Assembly (NCBI GenBank): GCA_031459875.1
Contig: JAVKHQ010000013.1
Span: 63,714-77,862, forward strand
DNA: 14,149 nucleotides
Direction: 5' to 3'
Source of the DNA: Candidatus Fervidifonticultor sextus
GTDB lineage: Bacteria > Sysuimicrobiota > Sysuimicrobiia > Sysuimicrobiales > Humicultoraceae
Of the stretch, positions 1 to 6,111 are shown piece by piece (within the stretch, counting starts at the first letter, position 1; each line of letters begins with the position of its first letter). Made by a program: the position numbers and the translations under genes. The notes below the pieces were generated by a model. That model was not told the origin of the DNA, ran no database searches, and saw only the letters and a list, made by a program, of their open reading frames with translations.

Positions 1-1
1 C

Positions 2-214
2 ATCGCCGCCGACCGCCGGCGGTACCGGGCGCTACTGGCCGGGAACCTCCTGCTGCTGGGGTTACCGCAGCGGTGGCTCGGGCGGGCGGCCCGGTTCCTG
101 GCCAGGCCGACGGCGCGGCGGTGGTTCTTCGCGCACTACCTGGGGATCTTCGGCACCTCCGACACCCTCCAGCACGCACGATCCGACGGGCAGGTCACGC
201 TTCGTGGGGCCTGA
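2..214 (+). CDS. 3' end of an unidentified protein entering from the left edge
   Basis: Frame from nt 2 is open with GC-rich third positions (IAADRRRYRALLAGNLLLLGLPQRWLGRAARFLARPTARRWFFAHYLGIFG...LRGA) and ends at TGA 212-214, just before the tRNA promoter. No diagnostic motif. Confidence 0.55.
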   Translation: MAADRRRYRALLAGNLLLLGLPQRWLGRAARFLARPTARRWFFAHYLGIFGTSDTLQHARSDGQVTLRGA

Positions 215-234
215 GAGCCCGTCGGCCGTCTCCG

Positions 235-263
235 TTGAGGGTGAAGGGACGGCATGCTAGGAT
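235..263 (+). promoter_or_regulatory. Sigma70-type promoter for tRNA-Leu
   Basis: TTGAGG (235-240), 17-nt spacer, TAGGAT (258-263) with extended -10 TG at 255-256; 35 nt upstream of the tRNA. Confidence 0.6.
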
Positions 264-298
264 ACAGGATGGTCGGAGTTCCTCGGTTCCTGCCCCGT

Positions 299-386
299 GC
301 CGGGGTGGCGTAACCTGGCAGCCGCGCGTGACTCAAAATCACGTGGGGGAAACCCCGTGCGGGTTCGACTCCCGCCCCCGGCACCA
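299..386 (+). tRNA. tRNA-Leu(CAA)
   Basis: Acceptor stem GCCGGGG/CCCCGGC. Anticodon arm CGTGA-CT-CAA-AA-TCACG (CAA at 334-336). Long variable arm GGGG-GAAA-CCCC. T arm GCGGG-TTCGACT-CCCGC. Discriminator A383, encoded CCA 384-386. Confidence 0.97.
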
Positions 387-601
387 CTCGGACGGTGCCC
401 CATTCTCAGACCACCTGGGCCCCGTGGCAATAGGTGCTCACGGACGAGGGCCTCCTTGATGCGCGTGACGAGTCGCCTCTGCTGCTGGTCTGGTGAGCAG
501 CAGACCATGCCACGCGGTCTCGCGTGGGCTCGACACCGCTCGTAGGTCTTCTGGAACCAGCGCGGTCGCCTGACATCAGGGTACCAATCTCCGCGGACTC
601 G

Positions 602-629
602 GGAACTTTCTCCCTGTAGGCCCGTCTAA
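602..629 (+). promoter_or_regulatory. ECF sigma-dependent (probably autoregulatory) promoter
   Basis: GGAACT (602-607), 16 nt, GTCTAA (624-629) matches the AAC/CGTC pattern of RpoE/SigW-type ECF promoters. It lies directly upstream of SD GGAGG (651-655) and the sigma GTG at 661. Confidence 0.75.
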
Positions 630-660
630 CCAGACGAATCAGTACAGCCAGGAGGCCCTG

Positions 661-1203
661 GTGTCCGACGACCATGCGCTCCTTGCCCGCGCCTGCGCCG
701 GCGACCTCGACGCGTTCGAGACACTCGTGCGCGCCCACCAGGACCGCATCTACACTCTGGCCTACCGCATCACCGGCAACCGCGAGGACGCGGTGGATGC
801 GGCGCAGGACGCCTTCGTGCGCGCCTACCAGGCCCTGCCGCGGTTCCGCGAAGACGCCGCGTTCGGCACCTGGCTGTACCGGATTGCCACCAACGCGGCG
901 CTGGACCTGGTCAGGCGCCGGCCGCCGGTGCCGCCGGTCGAGGTGCCGGCGAACCACCCGGTCCCCGACAGTCCCGAGGCCGCGGCGCACCGCCGCGAGA
1001 TCGGCCGGCGGGTCCAGGCTGCGCTGGCGCACCTGCCCCCGGAGTTCCGCGCCACGGTGGTGCTGCGGGACCTGCAGGGGCTGTCATACCGGGACGTGGC
1101 CCGCATCCTCCAGGTTCCGATCGGCACGGTGCGCTCGCGCCTGGCCCGCGGCCGCGAGGCCCTGCGCGCGCAGTTGAGCGATCTCGTTGCGACCGAAGGG
1201 TGA
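661..1203 (+). CDS. ECF RNA polymerase sigma factor (RpoE/SigW-like)
   Basis: 180 aa. Region 2 (DAVDAAQDAF...FGTWLYRIATNAALD) and region 4 HTH (LRDLQGLSYRDVARILQVPIGTVRSRLARGR). SD GGAGG 5 nt before GTG. Confidence 0.95.
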   Translation: MSDDHALLARACAGDLDAFETLVRAHQDRIYTLAYRITGNREDAVDAAQDAFVRAYQALPRFREDAAFGTWLYRIATNAALDLVRRRPPVPPVEVPANHPVPDSPEAAAHRREIGRRVQAALAHLPPEFRATVVLRDLQGLSYRDVARILQVPIGTVRSRLARGREALRAQLSDLVATEG

Positions 1204-1210
1204 GGCACCG

Positions 1211-2419
1211 ATGACGCACGACGACGTTCGACCCCGACTGTCGGCGCTGATCGACGGCGCCCTGGACCCGCGCGAGGCCGCCGAGGTGCAGGCCCACCTC
1301 GAGGCGTGCGCGGCGTGCCGGGCGGATCTGGCGCAGTTGCAGGCGACGGTTGCCATGCTCCGGGAGGTGGAACCCGTGCAGGCCCCTGAAGGCTTCGCGG
1401 CCACGGTACGCGCCCGCCTCGAGAATCTGTCCCGCGCAGCAGGACGCCCGGGATGGCAGCGGGTGAAGATCACGTGGCCACGCATGCCATGGTCGTGGCG
1501 GACGGCCGCCGCCGCGGCAGCGCTGGCCCTGGTGGGGATCTTCGCCGTCAATCTCGTGCGCGAGGTCGTGCCGCAGTCTGAGGTGACGGGGCATCTTGAG
1601 GACGGACGGTTCGACCGTGAGGGGTTCCGGAGGAGCGCGGTGGCCCCGGCCCAGTCGCGTGATGCGGTTGAGCCGTCTGCCGCACCGGGGGCCCTCCCCC
1701 GGGCTGCGCAGCCGGGAGGACCGCCGGGCGAACCGGTCCCGCTGCGCCGCGTGATCCGGACCGGACAGGTGGCGATCGAGGTGGAGACCTTCGACGACGC
1801 GGCGCGGCGCCTGCTGGCCATCGCCGAGGGCGCCGGTGGTTTCATCGCCGATTCATCCTATGCGGACGAGGGCGGCACCCCGCGGGGGACCTTCGTCCTG
1901 CGCGTGCCCGCCGGGCGCTTCGCCGACGTGCTGCGCCAGGTCGAGGCGCTGGGGACGGTCCAGCGCCGGCAGGTCAGCGGCCAGGACGTCACGGAGGAGT
2001 TCATCGACCTGGAGGCGCGCGTGCGGAACCTGGAGCGCCAGGAGACGCGGCTGCTGACCTTCATGGAGCGCGCCACCAGGATCCCCGACCTGCTGGCCAT
2101 CGAGAGCGAGTTGGGGCGGGTGCGGGGCGAGATCGAGCGGCTCACCGGCCGCCTGCGCTTCCTCTCGCACAAGGTGGACCTGGCGACCATCACCGCCGAG
2201 GTCAGCCAGAAGCCCAAGAAGGCCCCTGGCGGCTTCTGGGACGTCAACCGCACCGTGGCGCGGATCGAGGCGGCCTTCCTGAACACGGTCCGCCAACTGC
2301 TCGGCGCGGCGGAAGGCCTGGCGGCGTTCGCAGCGGCCGTGCTGCCGCTGGTCCTGCTGGGCGCCCTGGGGTGGACGGTGATCCGCCGGTCGTTCCGGCG
2401 GGCCGACCGGCCGATCTAG
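1211..2419 (+). CDS. Membrane-bound anti-sigma factor: zf-HC2 (ZAS) domain plus DUF4349-like domain
   Basis: Start taken at ATG 1211, 7 nt after the sigma stop (402 aa). N-terminal H...LSALIDGAL...HLEACAAC (HxxxCxxC); TM segment TAAAAAALALVGIFAVNLV; RRVIRTGQVAIEV...LRVP...GQDVTEEFIDLEAR...IESELGRVRGEIE pattern typical of DUF4349; C-terminal hydrophobic helix followed by RRSFRR. Confidence 0.85.
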   Translation: MTHDDVRPRLSALIDGALDPREAAEVQAHLEACAACRADLAQLQATVAMLREVEPVQAPEGFAATVRARLENLSRAAGRPGWQRVKITWPRMPWSWRTAAAAAALALVGIFAVNLVREVVPQSEVTGHLEDGRFDREGFRRSAVAPAQSRDAVEPSAAPGALPRAAQPGGPPGEPVPLRRVIRTGQVAIEVETFDDAARRLLAIAEGAGGFIADSSYADEGGTPRGTFVLRVPAGRFADVLRQVEALGTVQRRQVSGQDVTEEFIDLEARVRNLERQETRLLTFMERATRIPDLLAIESELGRVRGEIERLTGRLRFLSHKVDLATITAEVSQKPKKAPGGFWDVNRTVARIEAAFLNTVRQLLGAAEGLAAFAAAVLPLVLLGALGWTVIRRSFRRADRPI

Positions 2420-2447
2420 CCTGACGGGCGCCGATCCCGCCCGCCCG

Positions 2448-2471
2448 GCGCCGCCGCGTGCCCGGCGGCGC
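2448..2471 (+). terminator. GC-rich hairpin after the anti-sigma gene (possible terminator without U-tract)
   Basis: Perfect 9-bp stem GCGCCGCCG (2448-2456) / CGGCGGCGC (2463-2471), 6-nt loop, no poly-T. Confidence 0.35.
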
Positions 2472-2475
2472 GCCC

Positions 2476-2484
2476 TGCTATACT
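2476..2484 (+). promoter_or_regulatory. Extended -10 promoter of polA
   Basis: TGcTATACT, the only AT-rich patch in the intergenic region, with 7 nt to GTG 2492. Confidence 0.7.
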
Positions 2485-2491
2485 ACCGTCG

Positions 2492-5128
2492 GTGACTCAC
2501 GTGCCGGGCAAGCTCGTGCTCCTCGACTCGAACGGCCTGATCTACCGCGCCTTCTACGCCCTCCCCTACCTGACGACCTCCGACGGACGGCCCACCAACG
2601 CCGTCTACGGGTTCACGACCATGCTGTTGAAGGTCCTGGACGAGGAGAAGCCGGAGTTCATCGCCGCTGCGTTCGACCGTCCCGGCCCGACCTTCCGCCA
2701 CGAGGCGTTTGTCGCCTACAAGGCGCACCGGGAGGCGATGCCCGACGACCTGCGGCCCCAGGTCGCGCTCGCCAAACAGGTCCTCGAGGCCCTGCGGATC
2801 CCCATCTTCGAAGCCGAAGGCTTCGAGGCCGACGACGTCATCGCGACCATCGCCCGGCAGGCCGCCGCCGCCGGTCTGGAGGTCCTGGTCGTGAGCGGCG
2901 ACCTGGACACCCTGCAACTCGTGGGCGACGGCATCCGGGTCATGGTGACCAGCCGCGGCATCAGCGAGACGGTCGTCTACGACGAGGCCAGGGTGCGCGA
3001 GCGGTTCGGGATCGCTCCGGGGCAACTGCCCGACTACAAGAGCCTGCGCGGCGACCCCAGCGACAACATCCCGGGCGTGCCGGGCGTCGGCGAGAAGACG
3101 GCGAGCGCGCTGGTGCGGCAGTTCGGCAGCGTCGAGGCCATCTACGACCGTCTGGACGACGCGCCGCCGCGCACCCGGGCGGCCCTGGCCGCCGCGCGCG
3201 CCCAGGTCCTGCAGAGCAAGCGTCTGGCCACCCTGGTGAGCAACGTCCCGGTTTTCGTGGCGTGGGCCGACCTCCGCCGTCGCGACCCCGACCGCCCGCG
3301 GCTGGAGGCGCTGTTCCGCGACCTGGAGTTCCGTGGCCTGCTGGAGCGGTTGCGGGATGCCGGGGGGCCTGCAGCTGGCGGTGCAGGGACCGCCACGGTC
3401 CAGGCTGCCGATGCGGTCCGGGCCGGGGACGCCGACGCCGTGGCGCTGGTGCGGGGAGCTGCGGACGTGGGCGTGGCCTTCCTGCGGGGAGAGGGGCACC
3501 CGCTGCTGGCCCCGCTGCTGGCCGTGGGCCTGGCGGCCAACGGCCGGGCGGTCTGGATCCCCCTGTCGGACGGCGCCATCCCCGCCCCCCTGCGCGCCGT
3601 GCTCGAGGACCCCTCCGTGCGCAAGACCAGCGCCGACCTCAAGGCCGACCTGCTGACGCTGCGGCGCGCGGGTCTTGACCCGGCGGGCTTCGACTTCGAC
3701 GTCGGCATCGCGTCGTACCTGTTGAATCCGGGCAAGCGGACGCACACGTTCCAGTCGGCCGCGTGGGAGTTTTTGGGCGAGGATCTGGAGCCGGATCCGG
3801 CGGCAGGAGCGGGATCGGCGGCCTGGGCGGCGAGGGCCGCGGACGCCCTGGTGCGGCTGCGGCCGATCCTGGTCTCCCGCATGCGCGACCGGCAGGTGGA
3901 CGGCCTCTTCCGCGATGTGGAGATCCCGCTGGCGGGCGTGCTGGCGGCCATGGAGGAGGCCGGCGTCGCCGTCGACATCCCCTACCTGACCGCCCTCGGC
4001 GAGGACCTGGCGGCACGGCTCGAAGCGCTGGAGGCCGAGATCTACCGGCTGGCGGGCACCGAGTTCAACATCGGGTCGCCGAAGCAACTCGCCTTCGTGC
4101 TCTTCGAGAAACTTCAGCTCCCGCCCCTCAAGAAGACGAAGACCGGGTACTCGACCGACGCCGAGGTCCTCGACTTCCTGGCGCCGCGCCACGAGGTCGT
4201 GGCGAAGATCGTCGAGCACCGCGAGTTGAGCAAGCTCAAGTCCACCTACGTGGACGTCCTCCCGCGCCTGGCCGATCCCGCGACCGGCCGGGTCCACGCC
4301 ACCTTCAACCAGACCCTGGCCGCCACCGGTCGGGTGATCACCGAGCAGCCCAATCTGCAGAACCTGCCCATCCGGACCGAGGAAGGACGCAGGATCCGCC
4401 GTGCGATCGTGGCGGAGGCGGGCTGCGTGCTGCTCAGCGTGGACTACTCGCAGATTGACCTGCGGGTGCTGGCCCACATCACCCGGGATCCGGGCCTGGT
4501 GGGCGCCTTCGAGCGCGGGGAGGACATCCACGCCGTCACCGCGGCCGAGGTCTTCGGCCTCCGACGCGAGCAAGTCACGCCGGAGTTGCGGCGGCGGGCC
4601 AAGACCATCGTCTTCGGCATCGCCTACGGGATGAGCGAGCACGGACTGGCGGCGCAGCTCGGGATTCCGCGCGGGGAGGCCCGCACCTACATCGAGCGCT
4701 ACTACGCCCGCTTCCCCAAGGTGCGCGAGTACATGGGGAGCGTCGTGGAGCAGGCCCGGCGGGACGGCTATGTGACCACCGTGCTGAACCGGCGCCGCTA
4801 CCTGCCCGACCTGATGAGTCGCAACCGCGCGGTGCGCGAGGCCGCGGAGCGCACCGCCATCAACACGCCGATCCAGGGGTCCTCCGCCGACATCATCAAG
4901 GTAGCCATGGTCGCCGTCGCCCGCGAGGTGCTCCCGGCCTATCCCGGCGTGCGGATGACGCTGCAGGTCCACGACGAACTGCTCTTCGAAGTGCCCGAGG
5001 CCCAGACGGCGGTCGTCGCGGCCCGTGTCAGGGAAGTGATGGAGCGGGCGTATCCGCTGAGCGTCCCGCTGGTCGCCGAGGCGAAAGCCGGGCCCAACTG
5101 GGCCGAGATGCAGCCGGTGCCCTCGTGA
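2492..5128 (+). CDS. polA: DNA polymerase I (5'-3' exonuclease, inactive-looking 3'-5' exonuclease, family A polymerase)
   Basis: 878 aa. 5' nuclease motifs LLDSNGLIYRAFYA, FEADDVIAT, GDPSDNIPGVPGVGEKTA; polymerase motifs PNLQN, DYSQIDLR, KTIVFGIAYG, AINTPIQGSSADIIK, QVHDELLFE. GTG 2501 is an alternative start. Confidence 0.98.
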   Translation: MTHVPGKLVLLDSNGLIYRAFYALPYLTTSDGRPTNAVYGFTTMLLKVLDEEKPEFIAAAFDRPGPTFRHEAFVAYKAHREAMPDDLRPQVALAKQVLEALRIPIFEAEGFEADDVIATIARQAAAAGLEVLVVSGDLDTLQLVGDGIRVMVTSRGISETVVYDEARVRERFGIAPGQLPDYKSLRGDPSDNIPGVPGVGEKTASALVRQFGSVEAIYDRLDDAPPRTRAALAAARAQVLQSKRLATLVSNVPVFVAWADLRRRDPDRPRLEALFRDLEFRGLLERLRDAGGPAAGGAGTATVQAADAVRAGDADAVALVRGAADVGVAFLRGEGHPLLAPLLAVGLAANGRAVWIPLSDGAIPAPLRAVLEDPSVRKTSADLKADLLTLRRAGLDPAGFDFDVGIASYLLNPGKRTHTFQSAAWEFLGEDLEPDPAAGAGSAAWAARAADALVRLRPILVSRMRDRQVDGLFRDVEIPLAGVLAAMEEAGVAVDIPYLTALGEDLAARLEALEAEIYRLAGTEFNIGSPKQLAFVLFEKLQLPPLKKTKTGYSTDAEVLDFLAPRHEVVAKIVEHRELSKLKSTYVDVLPRLADPATGRVHATFNQTLAATGRVITEQPNLQNLPIRTEEGRRIRRAIVAEAGCVLLSVDYSQIDLRVLAHITRDPGLVGAFERGEDIHAVTAAEVFGLRREQVTPELRRRAKTIVFGIAYGMSEHGLAAQLGIPRGEARTYIERYYARFPKVREYMGSVVEQARRDGYVTTVLNRRRYLPDLMSRNRAVREAAERTAINTPIQGSSADIIKVAMVAVAREVLPAYPGVRMTLQVHDELLFEVPEAQTAVVAARVREVMERAYPLSVPLVAEAKAGPNWAEMQPVPS

Positions 5129-5168
5129 GGGGCGGGGCCCGGCTTGGAGTCGTGACTGCCCTGGCCGC

Positions 5169-5777
5169 GTGAAGGTCATCGGCCTCACCGGGGGCATCGC
5201 CAGCGGCAAGAGCCTGGTCGCCGGGATGCTGCGGGACCTCGGTGCCTGGGTCATCGACGCCGACGAGGTGGCGCGCGAGGTCACGGCGCCCGGCAGCGAG
5301 GCGCTGCGCGAGATTGCCGAGGCCTTCGGCCCCGCGGTGCTGGGCCCCGACGGCGCCCTGGACCGCAAGGCCCTGGCGGACCGCATCTTCAGCGACCCGC
5401 AGGCGCGCCAGCGGATCAACGCCATCACGCATCCCCGCATCCGCCGCCGTATCGTCGAGGAGATCGCCGCGGTCCGGGCGCGCCAGCCTCAGGCGATCGT
5501 CGTGGTGGACGTGCCCCTGTTGCTCGACACCGCGCCGGCTGACGCCTACCCGTTCGACGGCGTCGTGGTCGTCTATGCCGACGAGGCCGCGCAACTGGCG
5601 CGGCTCGCCGCGCGCGACGGGCTGACCGGGGAAGCCGCCCGCCGACGGCTGGCTGCGCAGCGGCCGCTGCGCGAGAAGGTCCCGCTGGCCACCTGGGTGA
5701 TCGACAACTCCGGGCCGCCGGAGGCCACGCGGCGGCAGGTCGAGGCCCTGTGGCGCCGCTGGCACGGGACGGCGTGA
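5169..5777 (+). CDS. coaE: Dephospho-CoA kinase
   Basis: 202 aa. IGLTGGIASGKS P-loop, IDAD, LDRKALADRIF, ITHPRI, DVPLL, VIDNSG; usual position downstream of polA. Confidence 0.96.
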   Translation: MKVIGLTGGIASGKSLVAGMLRDLGAWVIDADEVAREVTAPGSEALREIAEAFGPAVLGPDGALDRKALADRIFSDPQARQRINAITHPRIRRRIVEEIAAVRARQPQAIVVVDVPLLLDTAPADAYPFDGVVVVYADEAAQLARLAARDGLTGEAARRRLAAQRPLREKVPLATWVIDNSGPPEATRRQVEALWRRWHGTA

Positions 5778-5784
5778 CCGGACC

Positions 5785-5819
5785 CTCGGGCGCTTCCGAC
5801 CACCTCCGTCGGCCCCGAG
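5785..5819 (+). terminator. Imperfect hairpin after coaE
   Basis: CTCGGG/CCCGAG outer stem and CCGAC/GTCGG inner stem, 7 nt after the coaE stop; no U-tract. Confidence 0.3.
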
Positions 5820-5883
5820 TGACGAGAGGCGGAGGGATGGCCCGCCAGTCCGAGGAATGACCCAGCACGCTGCGGAGGCTGCG

Positions 5884-6111
5884 ATGCCTGGCCAGCGGGG
5901 CGCTGCGTTGATGGGAGCGCTTGCCGTCGTGCTCGCGGTGGCGGCATCGGCGGGGCTGTTTGTCTGGTACATGGACCGGCAGCAGACGCGGGCGGGCGAT
6001 CGCCTCCGCGGGGCGGCCGCGCTGACTGCCGCCGAGGCGGGCGTCCACCGGGCGCTGGCGATTCTCGAGGGCACCGCTCCCGATTCCAACAGTCCGGGCC
6101 GCTCCTGGCGG
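5884..6111 (+). pseudogene. 5' fragment (about 76 codons) of a PilX/GspK-like minor prepilin gene
   Basis: SD GGAGG 5874-5878, ATG 5884. MPGQRG|AALMGALAVVLAVAASAGLFVWYM is a class III leader plus hydrophobic helix without Glu5, followed by AAALTAAEAGVHRAL, typical of PilX N-termini. Protein-like sequence stops at GRSWR, where antisense Rhs DNA begins. Confidence 0.65.

Noticed and set aside
299..386. tRNA-Leu as attachment site of an intact integrated element
   Set aside because: No integrase, and I saw no convincing duplicate of the tRNA 3' end in the window; only an 8-bp inverted match near 8421-8428.
5152..5172. Six-codon ORF overlapping the coaE start (GTGA)
   Set aside because: Too short and without a properly spaced SD; indistinguishable from chance.
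2483..5440. 985-aa minus-strand ORF and the many Arg/Pro/Gly-rich alternative-frame ORFs
   Set aside because: They overlap well-supported genes (polA, coaE, etc.) and have the composition of off-frame GC-rich translation.
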